This document shows positions 29,672 through 38,654 of a DNA stretch of 63,298 bases, one piece after another; the first letter of the stretch is position 1; each line of letters starts with the position of its first letter. The notes below the pieces were generated by a model, which was not told the DNA's origin, searched no databases, and worked only from the letters and a program-made list of their open reading frames with translations. Where the stretch lies: contig PDQD01000050.1 in assembly GCA_002747695.1 (NCBI GenBank), positions 1 to 63,298 on the forward strand. The letters are read 5' to 3'. Origin of the DNA: Flavobacteriia bacterium. Lineage in GTDB: Bacteria > Bacteroidota > Bacteroidia > Flavobacteriales > Flavobacteriaceae. The translations under genes were made by a program, and so were the position numbers.

Positions 29672-31068
29672 TTGTCGTCTTTTTTTACTTTTACGATTTG
29701 CGCCATGAGTTCTGCTTCTACGGCCAGTTTATTATTGGTATAGCCATAGGCTTGCATATGACATATGCCTCGCCTGATAGGCGTTAATAATTCTAATCTG
29801 AAAATCAAGGTGTCACCGGGAACCACTTTTTGTTTGAATTTGACTTTATCTATTTTCATAAAAAAAGTCAAATAATTCTCAGGGTCGGGAACAGTACTCA
29901 ACACCAACACACCTCCACACTGCGCCATTGCTTCTACCTGAAGCACACCGGGCATCACAGGTTCTCCTGGAAAATGTCCAACGAAAAACGGTTCATTCAT
30001 CGTCACATTTTTGACCCCTACCACATGTTTTTCTGAGAGTTCGAGTATTTTATCAACCAATAAAAACGGAGGTCTGTGCGGTAACAACTTCATAATATCA
30101 TTGACATCCATCAACGGCTCCTTATTCAAGTCGTAGTCAGGAATGTTGTTACGCTTATCGTTTTGTATGATTTTAGATAATTTTTTGGCAAAAATAGTAT
30201 TGACTTTATGCCCGGGTTTGGTAGCAATAATCTTACCTCTTATTTTGGTTCCTACCAGCGCCATATCTCCGACAACGTCAAGAAGTTTATGACGGGCTGC
30301 TTCATTGGGCCATCTCAAAGTCAGATTATCCAAGATCCCATTGGGTTTCACCGTTATCTCTTCTTTACCAAACACCTTTTTCAGTTTTTCCATTGTATCA
30401 TCAGAAATGACCTTATCCACATATACAATGGCATTGTTAAGATCCCCCCCTTTGATAAGGTTGTTATCCAACAACATTTCCAGTTCATGTAAAAAGCTGA
30501 ATGTTCTTGCTTCACTAATGTGTTCTTTGAAATCAGAAACATCATTCAGAAAGGCATTTTGCGTCCCTAAAATAGTGGTACCAAAATCAACCAGTGTGGT
30601 GATTTGATAATCATCTGCCGGCATTAGAACAATCTCACTTCCGGTCTCTTCGTCTTTATAACTGATGTTTTCTTTGACAATATATTCTTCACGTTCAGCA
30701 TCCTGTTCTACAATACCCGCAGATTCAAGTGCTTCAACAAAGAATTTTGAAGAACCGTCCATAATAGGCGGTTCTGCTGCATTGATTTCAATCAAAAGAT
30801 TGTCTAAGTCCAATCCTACAGCCGCTGCCAATACATGTTCAGAGGTTTGTATTTTTACGCCATTTTTTTCCAGATTGGTTCCTCTTTGGGTATTCACCAC
30901 ATAACGGGCATGTGCTTCTATCAAAGGGTTACCTTCTAAATCTACTCTTACAAAAGCAAAGCCCTGATTGACAGGTGCAGGTTTAAACGTCAAGGTGACT
31001 TCTTTTCCTGTATGTAAACCTATCCCTTTCAGGGTTATCGGTTTAGATATGGTTTTTTGTAAAGCCAT
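29668..31068 (-). CDS. lpxC-fabZ: Bifunctional UDP-3-O-acyl-GlcNAc deacetylase / 3-hydroxyacyl-ACP dehydratase
   Basis: N-terminal LpxC (..GIGLHTG....T..PA..N.G..F.R.D..; ..EHVLAA..G..). C-terminal FabZ hotdog (..LPHR.PFLLVD......FF.GHFP..PVMPGVL..EAMAQ..). Confidence 0.9.
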   Translation of the reverse strand: MALQKTISKPITLKGIGLHTGKEVTLTFKPAPVNQGFAFVRVDLEGNPLIEAHARYVVNTQRGTNLEKNGVKIQTSEHVLAAAVGLDLDNLLIEINAAEPPIMDGSSKFFVEALESAGIVEQDAEREEYIVKENISYKDEETGSEIVLMPADDYQITTLVDFGTTILGTQNAFLNDVSDFKEHISEARTFSFLHELEMLLDNNLIKGGDLNNAIVYVDKVISDDTMEKLKKVFGKEEITVKPNGILDNLTLRWPNEAARHKLLDVVGDMALVGTKIRGKIIATKPGHKVNTIFAKKLSKIIQNDKRNNIPDYDLNKEPLMDVNDIMKLLPHRPPFLLVDKILELSEKHVVGVKNVTMNEPFFVGHFPGEPVMPGVLQVEAMAQCGGVLVLSTVPDPENYLTFFMKIDKVKFKQKVVPGDTLIFRLELLTPIRRGICHMQAYGYTNNKLAVEAELMAQIVKVKKDDK

Positions 31069-31083
31069 TTACAAATAATTTAA

Positions 31084-32100
31084 TTATTTCTTTAGTTGAT
31101 CTTGGATATCTTTCATCGTCTTGGGCAGGTTTTTAAAATGGATATAACTTCTATTCCATTCTGAATATTCAAAAGCTGGTGTACCCTGTACAACTTCACC
31201 GTCTTTTAAGCTCTTGGTAATACCTGACTGCGCCTGAATTTTAACATGGTTTCCTATGGTCAAGTGTCCTACAATACCCACCTGGCCTCCCAGCACACAA
31301 TGCTTACCTACTTTTGTAGAACCGGCTATCCCGGATTGGGCTGCAATAACCGTATGTGCGCCCACTTCTACATTGTGCGCAATCATAATCATATTGTCCA
31401 GCTTTACCCCTGTACGAATAATAGTACTACCCATCGTAGCCCTGTCAATCGTTGTACCGGCACCAATCTCTACTTGATCTTCTATGACGACATTTCCTGT
31501 TTGTGGAATCTTGTTATAAGTTCCGTCTTTGTTCGGTGCAAACCCAAAACCATCTGAACCTAAAACAACATTGGCATGTACAGTACAAGCCTTGCCGATC
31601 TTGGTATCATTATAAATTCGAGTCCCCGAAAAAATAGTGGTATCATCTCCTATCTCTACATTATCACCTATATAGACCTGAGGGAAAATCTTAACATTGT
31701 TACCCAATTTTACATGTTTACCTATATAAGAAAATGCACCCACATACAAACGCTCTCCTTTGACCACTGACTCATCTATAAAAACAGGCGATTCAATACC
31801 TGTTTTATCGGTTTTTAAGGTGTCATTATAAAATTGCAGTAAAGATGTAAATGCCGCATAAGCATCTGAAACCTTGATTAAAGTCGACTTTACCGGCTTT
31901 TCAGGTATAAAATCTCTGTTGACAATAACAATTCCTGCTTTTGTGGTGTATAAGTAATTGGTGTATTTATCATTGGCTAAAAAAGATATCGAATCTGATT
32001 CACCCTCCTCTATTTTAGAAAGTTTTGAAACAGCCACGAGTTCATCACCCTCAATATCTCCATTGAGTATAGTCGCGATTTGTAATGCCGTAAATTTCAT
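31084..32100 (-). CDS. lpxD: UDP-3-O-(3-hydroxyacyl)glucosamine N-acyltransferase
   Basis: MKFTALQIA.. N-terminus from the ATG at 32100 (cat at 32098-32100 verified), followed by hexapeptide repeats. Confidence 0.9.
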   Translation of the reverse strand: MKFTALQIATILNGDIEGDELVAVSKLSKIEEGESDSISFLANDKYTNYLYTTKAGIVIVNRDFIPEKPVKSTLIKVSDAYAAFTSLLQFYNDTLKTDKTGIESPVFIDESVVKGERLYVGAFSYIGKHVKLGNNVKIFPQVYIGDNVEIGDDTTIFSGTRIYNDTKIGKACTVHANVVLGSDGFGFAPNKDGTYNKIPQTGNVVIEDQVEIGAGTTIDRATMGSTIIRTGVKLDNMIMIAHNVEVGAHTVIAAQSGIAGSTKVGKHCVLGGQVGIVGHLTIGNHVKIQAQSGITKSLKDGEVVQGTPAFEYSEWNRSYIHFKNLPKTMKDIQDQLKK

Positions 32101-32226
32101 ATCTTGCAAAAGTACACAAATTTGTGAAGTTGAAACGACTTTAATACAAAAAGTCATCGAAAAATAAACGATTTTCGATGACTTTTATTGCAAAGACTGT
32201 TCTTATGATTCTTTACTCAGAATTTA

Positions 32227-32760
32227 TTAAAAAAAAGCTTTTAAATCTTCCAGAGGTAATTCATCCTTGTCAAAATCAAATTTACCCATCAGACTCATAA
32301 TCTTTTCCGGTTGCATATCATCACCAAGTATTCTGACGATTAACCAACCTGTTTCATGGTCATTACCCAACACAATCAACTCATCCAAGGTATCTTCGTC
32401 ACCTATGGCATACACCTTCACCCCTCTTGAACCTTTACCAAAGGTCATCAATGGGCTGTATTTCTCCTCTGATAATAAAGAACGTAGCGTTGCTACATCC
32501 TTAGTATATTTCTCCTCATTACCCTCTTTTAACCTGAAAGCCATGAGGTTAATTTTCTTTATGGTCGATAATATTTTTTGATTGTCAGGGGTTTGAAATT
32601 CCTCATTCAATTGTAAAAAATTGTTTGACAAATCAAATGTAAACACATCTTCCTGTTCTTCCTGCTTGACCATAAAATGCTGTAAAGATTCCTTGGTATT
32701 ACAAGCGGTCACAAGCAAAACTGCGAGTAAAATAATTGATAATTGTTTGTACATTTTCAA
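32227..32760 (-). CDS. DUF4252-like lipoprotein
   Basis: Lipobox LLVTAC, about 175 aa, paralogous in architecture to the upstream gene, in an ECF sigma operon. Confidence 0.5.
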   Translation of the reverse strand: MKMYKQLSIILLAVLLVTACNTKESLQHFMVKQEEQEDVFTFDLSNNFLQLNEEFQTPDNQKILSTIKKINLMAFRLKEGNEEKYTKDVATLRSLLSEEKYSPLMTFGKGSRGVKVYAIGDEDTLDELIVLGNDHETGWLIVRILGDDMQPEKIMSLMGKFDFDKDELPLEDLKAFF

Positions 32761-32790
32761 GTGGTTTTAATACAGATAACTATTGTTTTA

Positions 32791-33333
32791 TTACTTATTA
32801 CCGGCTTTTTTAACATGCTCACTTCCGGGAATATTCATATCGGCAGTGATTTTGGCAATATCATTGAGGTTGATGTTTCCGGTAAGTGATACAATAACCA
32901 TTTCCGGGGTATTACGACCACCTGCCTTAGCAGAAATATCCATCTCATCTACCAGCATTAAAAATTCTGTGACGTAATCATCTTTACCTTCCTTGACATA
33001 TATCTTCACATTAGCATCCTTGTCTTTGACACGCATAAGTTCAGACAACTTATTCTTTTTTAGATAACTATCAAAAGTAGCCTTCATTTCCTTTGCCGTT
33101 GCAGCATGTTCAGTAGTCAAGACACGTAACTCATTGAGACCGGAAACTAGGCTCCTGAATTCTTCGGCTTCCTGAGATTCTGCTGTTGCTTTTTTCAGCA
33201 TTAGAAATGCTTTTTTATTCACGACGACAGATGTTACTTCGTCGTTGTTCTCAAATCCTGCAAATACAGATTGCTGTGCATAACTGATATGAGCAATCAA
33301 TACAGTCAATACAATAGTGATTATTTTTTTCAT
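32791..33333 (-). CDS. DUF4252-like secreted protein
   Basis: Signal peptide MKKIITIVLTVLIAHISYA and about 180 aa. The pattern ..VVVNKKAF.ML...........L...L..L.VL.. is typical of DUF4252. Confidence 0.5.
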   Translation of the reverse strand: MKKIITIVLTVLIAHISYAQQSVFAGFENNDEVTSVVVNKKAFLMLKKATAESQEAEEFRSLVSGLNELRVLTTEHAATAKEMKATFDSYLKKNKLSELMRVKDKDANVKIYVKEGKDDYVTEFLMLVDEMDISAKAGGRNTPEMVIVSLTGNINLNDIAKITADMNIPGSEHVKKAGNK

Positions 33334-33357
33334 GATTAAATAGTTTTAGTTTAAATG

Positions 33358-33795
33358 TTATTTATTAGTTTGTGCACGAAAGACCAACGTCCTTGATTTT
33401 TCCAGATAGGCCAGTTCCTGAATGGCATTTTGGCCTTGGTCAAAGTGTTTTCCTATAATCGCAAGCGCTTTATAAGAGTCCTGATAGGCTTGCTGCGCCA
33501 ATTGCTGACGTTGATAACTTTGCCAACCAAAGAAACTGACGAAAAGGAGTAATCCTGCAGCGATGCCCGAAAACCAGAAACGTTTCGTACGGTTAGACTT
33601 TAAACGTGGTTGCAGCGCATTGCTTTGGGTGCGTTCATTAGAAAAATATTGAAAAAGGGCTCGGTATTGCTCATGATGAGAAGCAACACTATCTGATCTA
33701 AAATATTCATTTAAAAGTGCTTCTTCCTGCAAGGTCGTCTGCCCTTCAAAGTAACGTTCTAACAGTTTGTCTATATTTTTTTTATCTGATACCAT
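33358..33795 (-). CDS. Putative anti-sigma factor (single-pass membrane protein)
   Basis: 145 aa with one central TM (FWFSGIAAGLLLFVSFFGW). 14-nt overlap with the ECF sigma gene. Confidence 0.45.
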   Translation of the reverse strand: MVSDKKNIDKLLERYFEGQTTLQEEALLNEYFRSDSVASHHEQYRALFQYFSNERTQSNALQPRLKSNRTKRFWFSGIAAGLLLFVSFFGWQSYQRQQLAQQAYQDSYKALAIIGKHFDQGQNAIQELAYLEKSRTLVFRAQTNK

Positions 33796-34291
33796 GAGAT
33801 AATTGTTTGATAAGATTTTCTTTTATTGTTTTTCTAGCCCTGGATAAGTTTACTCTTACAGCCGTAGGCTTCATGTCTAATATCTGCTCTATTTCTTTTA
33901 GTTCAAATTGTTCTACATCTCTCAACTGGATGATGATTCGCTGGGTTTCCGGTAGTTTATCAATCAATTGGTGTACCAAACTGATTTGATCCTGAATTTC
34001 AACCCGCTTTGCCGTATCACCGGATTCATCTTTAAAGTTCTGGTGAACAATACTCAGGTTACCCGCTTGTTTTGACTTTAACCGGTCTAAACAATAGTTT
34101 TTGGTCATCGTCACAGCCAAGGCTTCTACACTATTATAGGTCGGTAACTCCCGCCTTTTCTGCCATAGTTTCAGGTATATTTCCTGTGTGGCGTCCTGTG
34201 CTTCATCTTCTGATATCAATAAACGTTTTGCCAACCGGTACAGTTTATCCTGAAATGGTTTTATCAATTCTATAAATGCTCGTTGAGTCAT
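33782..34291 (-). CDS. ECF-type RNA polymerase sigma-70 factor
   Basis: Region 2 (..DEAQDATQEIYLKLW..) and region 4 HTH (..LPETQRIIIQLRDVEQFELKEIEQILDMKPTAVRVNLSRARK..). Start set to the ATG at 34291, because the upstream in-frame ATG (34330) would lie inside the predicted promoter. Confidence 0.85.
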   Translation of the reverse strand: MTQRAFIELIKPFQDKLYRLAKRLLISEDEAQDATQEIYLKLWQKRRELPTYNSVEALAVTMTKNYCLDRLKSKQAGNLSIVHQNFKDESGDTAKRVEIQDQISLVHQLIDKLPETQRIIIQLRDVEQFELKEIEQILDMKPTAVRVNLSRARKTIKENLIKQLSHGIR

Positions 34292-34315
34292 CAATAATTG
34301 GTTTGTTATCTTAAG

Positions 34316-34340
34316 GACGAATGTACTCAAAGATTGTTAC
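34316..34340 (-). promoter_or_regulatory. Candidate ECF-type autoregulated promoter (GTAAC-N16-CGTC)
   Basis: The minus strand reads TGTAACAATCTTTGAGTACATTCGTC. It has an AAC-containing -35 and a CGT-containing -10 with 16-nt spacing, and ends 24 nt upstream of the ATG at 34291. Confidence 0.45.
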
Positions 34341-34412
34341 ATCCACTCCAAAATCATATTTTGAGAGTATCTGAAATACAGGAAGTATGTAATGTGTGTA
34401 GAAATTGTCTAT

Positions 34413-34577
34413 AAAAAATCTGCCGACAAACTCAGACACACGCTATTTTGCCATCGTATAAACCGGACATAAGGCACTTGATCAGGGGGAAAAAAGGAGG
34501 TTACAAATGTAACAAATGCCTTGTCTGTAGGTTTAGCAATGACTTACAGCAGATGTGTTTCTGAGTTTGTCGGCAGA
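34413..34577 (-). ncRNA. Candidate structured RNA / atypical complex terminator (or MITE-like inverted-repeat element) downstream of dnaJ
   Basis: A 23-nt arm at 34419-34441 pairs with 34555-34577 (22 of 23 bp). The enclosed 113 nt fold further: 34448-34451/34536-34539, 34460-34464/34530-34534, 34466-34476/34517-34525, and an apical hairpin at 34500-34513. A6 at 34413-34418 gives U6 directly 3' of the helix on the minus strand. Confidence 0.35.
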
Positions 34578-34607
34578 GATTAAATGGAACGTTTGACTAT
34601 AAGAACG

Positions 34608-35726
34608 TTAATCAAACATATCTCTTATTCTGTCAAAAAAGCTTCTATCATTGTCCGTAGGGTCAGGTGTAAATTCTTTCTCGTCACGCATCTTTTTGAA
34701 GAACTCTTTTTGTTCTTTGGTCAGCGTCTGTGGTGTCCATACATTGACATGCACGAGCATATCACCATGACCATAACGGTCCAGATTTGGAATACCTTTA
34801 CCTCTTAATCTGAATATTTTCCCGGATTGAGTGCCGGGCTCTACTTTGATCTTAACTTTTCCGGTTACTGTTTCTATTTCTTCTGTTGATCCCAGTACAG
34901 CATCAGAAAAACTGATGTAAAGTTGGTAATGGATATTACTACCCTCCCGTTTTAGCGTAGGATGCTCTACCTCCTGGATAACGACCAGTAAGTCACCGGG
35001 CACAGAATTTTTACCTGGAGCTTCATTACCTTTACCGGTTACTTTGAGTTGTACACCCTCAACGACACCTGCAGGAATGTTGATTTCAACCATTTCCTCT
35101 TTGACAGTCATACCCTGTGAATCTGCACCGCTTGGTCTTTTATCAAGGATTTGACCACTTCCGGAACAGGTCTGACAAGTCGTGGCAGTCTGCATACGAC
35201 CCAAAATCGTGTTACGCACTTGTACTTGTTGACCGCTACCATTACAGGTAGAACAGGTTTTGTAAGTCACTCCGTCCGCTTGCACTTTGCGTCTTACTTT
35301 TACTTTTTTATCAACGCCTTTGGCTATTTCTTCCAGAGTAAGTTTTAAACGAATACGCAAGTTTCCACCTTTGACACGCATTTGCTGTTGACCGCCGCCA
35401 AAACCGCTGAAACCACCACCAAAATGCCCACCGAAGATGTCTCCAAAATGACTGAAGATATCATCCATATTCATACCACCGGCACCGTGGAATCCACCAC
35501 CGTTTTCAAATGCCGCGTGACCAAACTGATCATATCTGGCTTTTTTGTCAGGGTCACTGAGCACTTCATAAGCTTCTGCAGCCGTTTTGAACTTCTCTTC
35601 AGCTTCTTTATCTCCAGGGTTTTTATCCGGATGATACTGAATGGCTTTCTTACGGTATGCTTTTTTTATTTCTGAGGCTGTCGCAGATTTTTCTACGCCT
35701 AATATTTCGTAATAATCTTGTTTCAT
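34608..35726 (-). CDS. dnaJ: Molecular chaperone DnaJ
   Basis: J domain (DYYEILGV...HPDKNPGD), G/F-rich linker, four CxxCxGxG zinc motifs. Confidence 0.95.
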   Translation of the reverse strand: MKQDYYEILGVEKSATASEIKKAYRKKAIQYHPDKNPGDKEAEEKFKTAAEAYEVLSDPDKKARYDQFGHAAFENGGGFHGAGGMNMDDIFSHFGDIFGGHFGGGFSGFGGGQQQMRVKGGNLRIRLKLTLEEIAKGVDKKVKVRRKVQADGVTYKTCSTCNGSGQQVQVRNTILGRMQTATTCQTCSGSGQILDKRPSGADSQGMTVKEEMVEINIPAGVVEGVQLKVTGKGNEAPGKNSVPGDLLVVIQEVEHPTLKREGSNIHYQLYISFSDAVLGSTEEIETVTGKVKIKVEPGTQSGKIFRLRGKGIPNLDRYGHGDMLVHVNVWTPQTLTKEQKEFFKKMRDEKEFTPDPTDNDRSFFDRIRDMFD

Positions 35727-35733
35727 AATAGTT

Positions 35734-36279
35734 CTATTGTCCCACGACTACCTTAGGAAATCGTAAAAAAGTTTCACCCAGCTTATAACCTTTTTCTGTT
35801 ACATCAATGATTTTGCCTTTCATTTTTTTGGAAGGAGCGAGTATTTGTGTAATAGCCTGATGAATTTCAGGGTCAAATGTATCTCCGGCTTTGGCTTCGG
35901 CTACGATTAACCCTTTAGCTTCAAGTGTTTTTTTGAATTTTGAGTAAATCAACTCAACACCTTCAAATAAGCTATCGTCTTTGGCACGTTTGATTTCTGC
36001 CATTGCACGTTCAAAATCATCCAAAACAGGCAGTAAAACTGACATTAATTCCCTATTGGCAGTCTTAAATAAGTCCAAACGCTCTTTAGTTGTACGTTTT
36101 TTATAGTTCTCAAACTCGGCAAATAAGCGTAAAAACTTATCTTTTTCCGATGCTAAAAGCGCTTCCATATCAGGAGCCTCCTCTACTTCAACAGCCTCTT
36201 TTTCAGTTTTTTCCTGCATTGTTTCTTCTACCTGATCCTCTAAGGGCTTGTCTGTATTTTTATTTTTATGTTTTGCCAT
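35734..36279 (-). CDS. grpE: Nucleotide exchange factor GrpE
   Basis: ..[20 protein letters not shown]....... and a C-terminal beta domain. Immediately upstream of dnaJ. Confidence 0.95.
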   Translation of the reverse strand: MAKHKNKNTDKPLEDQVEETMQEKTEKEAVEVEEAPDMEALLASEKDKFLRLFAEFENYKKRTTKERLDLFKTANRELMSVLLPVLDDFERAMAEIKRAKDDSLFEGVELIYSKFKKTLEAKGLIVAEAKAGDTFDPEIHQAITQILAPSKKMKGKIIDVTEKGYKLGETFLRFPKVVVGQ

Positions 36280-36533
36280 GTGTTTCTATTTATCATCCTC
36301 TTATTAGCAAATTCATTGCCAATTACGTTTTTATGCCATATTGTCATTTATATCAATAACAGATAGCAATATCCTGACTTTTGACAACTAAAAGACTTAT
36401 TCTAACTTGCCTTTATAAAAGAATCATTACACTGTCGTTGAATAATCATGTTAAACAGGTCGGTTTTGCAACAAAATTCGATGACTAATCCGGGTTAAAT
36501 CCATAAAAATAGGATACCTATTAGTATTTTATT

Positions 36534-36552
36534 TAGATTTGTTATAAATTTG
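36534..36552 (+). promoter_or_regulatory. Two overlapping candidate -7 boxes (TAGATTTG, TAAATTTG) for the DUF1858/DUF2249 operon
   Basis: Both match TAnnTTTG, at 36534-36541 and 36545-36552. The second lies 19 nt upstream of the ATG at 36571 and covers the TTG the ORF track used as a start. Confidence 0.35.
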
Positions 36553-36570
36553 CATTCTAAATCAGTCATT

Positions 36571-37371
36571 ATGAAACTATCCAGAAACACTAAAATTTCT
36601 CAAATAATCAAAGAGAATCCTGAAGCCATAGAAAGAATCGCTTCAATCAACAAGAATTTTAAAAAACTTAAAAACCCGGTATTAAGGAAGTTTTTAGCCC
36701 CCAGAGTAAGCATAGCAGATGCTGCCCGTATAGGTGGTGTAAGTGTTAAACATTTTTTAGATCAATTATCAGGTTTAGGTTTTGATATTGAAAAAGAAGA
36801 GGTTCACACTTCAGATGGTAATAGTGACAACACTTTTGCCATCGATGAAAACAAGTTGGTTGTATTGGATGTAAGACCAACCATAGACAGTGGTAAGGAT
36901 CCTTTTGCTGACATCATGTCTGCCATAAAAAAACTGGATAAAGACGGTATTCTTAAACTTGTCAACAGTTTTGAACCTGTACCTCTTATCAATGTTCTCA
37001 CACAGAAAGGTTACAAAACGTTTACACAACAAATAAGCCCCAATGAATTTCATGTATTTTTTAAAGCTGCAGAGGCAGTAGAAAGCACAGAGACTATAGA
37101 TGACATGACAGCCTCTTTTGATGCGTTTACGCTCAAAATGATAGCTTTTGGGTCCAATTTGAAAGAAATAGATGTCAGACATCTGGAAATGCCGGAACCC
37201 ATGACCACTATATTGAGTGAAATCAGTCAATTACCGGATGATCACGCTTTATTTGTTCATCATAAAAAAACGCCTCAGTTTTTATTACCGGAACTCAAAT
37301 CCAGAGGATATACCTGGTTGGAACACAAGATTGACGCGACTAATGTAGAACTACTGATTTATAAAGCTTAA
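36571..37371 (+). CDS. DUF1858 + DUF2249 (x2) fusion protein
   Basis: The N-terminus (..ISQIIKENPEAIERIASINKNFKKLKNPVLRKFLAPRVSIADAARIGGV..) resembles DUF1858 of ScdA/RIC-type proteins. It is followed by two SirA/TusA-like segments of about 70 aa (..VLDVR......DPF..I......L..DGILKLVNSFEP.PLI; ..IDVRHLEMPEPM..IL..). Start at the ATG at 36571. Confidence 0.55.
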   Translation: MKLSRNTKISQIIKENPEAIERIASINKNFKKLKNPVLRKFLAPRVSIADAARIGGVSVKHFLDQLSGLGFDIEKEEVHTSDGNSDNTFAIDENKLVVLDVRPTIDSGKDPFADIMSAIKKLDKDGILKLVNSFEPVPLINVLTQKGYKTFTQQISPNEFHVFFKAAEAVESTETIDDMTASFDAFTLKMIAFGSNLKEIDVRHLEMPEPMTTILSEISQLPDDHALFVHHKKTPQFLLPELKSRGYTWLEHKIDATNVELLIYKA

Positions 37372-37376
37372 TATCA

Positions 37377-38648
37377 ATGAACGGTCTGCAAACAGCTAAC
37401 GCACCTTCAGCCAAGGTTGTAGTGCCTCACTATGTCTTTGCCTCTTTTGCTTTTCTTATCCTGACGGTACTCATGCTGGTGAGTAGTAGTGAATGGATTA
37501 ATTTGTATTTCAGTCCCAAACTCATTGCCATCACACATATAGCAGTTCTGGGCTGGGCTTCTATGATTGCATTTGGCGCGCTCTATCAACTCATACCCGT
37601 TATTTATGAGACCTCACTGCACAGTGAAAAACTGGCCATGGTTACTTTTATCATGTTCACCGTCAGCATCATAGCCCTGTCTTATAGTTTTTGGATTGCT
37701 TCATATTCCAACTTACTATTTTACAGTGCCTTGCTCATGTTTTTGTCTTTGTTGTTATTTGTCATCAACCTTGTACTCACGTTCAGGAAAAGGCAAAAAA
37801 ACAATATTCAGGCACAATTTATTTCCGCTGCCGTTTTTTGGTTAGCATTGACTGAGATTGCAGGAACCCTGATAGCCATAGACTTTAAATACAACATTAT
37901 GAATGATGTGCATCTGCATTATTTAAAAATTCATGCTCATTTAGGGTTAGTCGGATGGTTTCTGCTTTTGATTATCGGGGCTTCCAGTATTCTTATCCCC
38001 ATGTTTGTCGTCTCGCATCACGCAGATGAAAAACGGCTTAAATGGAGCTTTTACACGATTAATACGGGGTTAGCAGGGTTGACACTCTCATGGTTATTTC
38101 ACCTCAACGACTGGTTCACTTATGTATTTATCGGTCTGATCGTTGTCGGCTTAATCTTTTATTTTACCTATGTATATCAAGTGTACGAAAAACGCATCAG
38201 AAAAAAGCCGGATACCGGTATGAAGTTTACACTCCTATCGATTATTTTATTAAACCTGCCTCTGGTGATTGGTCTTGCCATTGTAAAGTCTGACATCTCA
38301 TCACTCAGCGTTAATTATGGCTTTGGTATTATCTTCGGATTTATAACCACCATTATTTTGGGACAAATATACAAGACTCTGCCTTTTATCGTTTGGCTGG
38401 AACGCTATCAGACATATGTAGGAAAGTTTAAAACACCTCTGCCCAGAGAATTGTATTCTGAAACACTTGCCAATTACCAATTGTATATTTACCTAATCAG
38501 TTACGGTATTGCATTTTTCGGCATGTATTTTAAACACGAACAGGTGTTAAATATCGGGATTATTGGTTTGATTATAACCGCCTTGATTAACCTGAATAAC
38601 ATTTTAAAAATGACATTCCACAAAACACAATTATCACCCTTATCTTAA
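37377..38648 (+). CDS. 12-TM histidine-containing membrane protein, heme-copper-oxidase subunit I / NnrS-like topology (family not resolved)
   Basis: About 12 predicted helices with a 4-helix periodicity. TM2 is THIAVLGWASMIAFGALYQLIPV, TM6 is HAHLGLVGWFLLLIIGASSILIPMF, TM10 is GFGIIFGFITTIILGQIYKTLPFI. There is an HH pair after TM6. No soluble domains. Confidence 0.4.
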   Translation: MNGLQTANAPSAKVVVPHYVFASFAFLILTVLMLVSSSEWINLYFSPKLIAITHIAVLGWASMIAFGALYQLIPVIYETSLHSEKLAMVTFIMFTVSIIALSYSFWIASYSNLLFYSALLMFLSLLLFVINLVLTFRKRQKNNIQAQFISAAVFWLALTEIAGTLIAIDFKYNIMNDVHLHYLKIHAHLGLVGWFLLLIIGASSILIPMFVVSHHADEKRLKWSFYTINTGLAGLTLSWLFHLNDWFTYVFIGLIVVGLIFYFTYVYQVYEKRIRKKPDTGMKFTLLSIILLNLPLVIGLAIVKSDISSLSVNYGFGIIFGFITTIILGQIYKTLPFIVWLERYQTYVGKFKTPLPRELYSETLANYQLYIYLISYGIAFFGMYFKHEQVLNIGIIGLIITALINLNNILKMTFHKTQLSPLS

Positions 38649-38654
38649 AAAATC

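Noticed and set aside
34584-34808. A 74-aa plus-strand ORF starting in the dnaJ-downstream spacer.
   Set aside because: It runs antisense through the dnaJ 3' end and shows no coding signal.
36290-36330. A TTAGCA...TGCCAA sequence upstream of grpE, checked as a possible CIRCE/HrcA operator. I also checked the groES and htpG upstream regions.
   Set aside because: It does not match TTAGCACTC-N9-GAGTGCTAA in sequence or spacing. I could not establish a shared heat-shock motif among the three chaperone promoters by eye.
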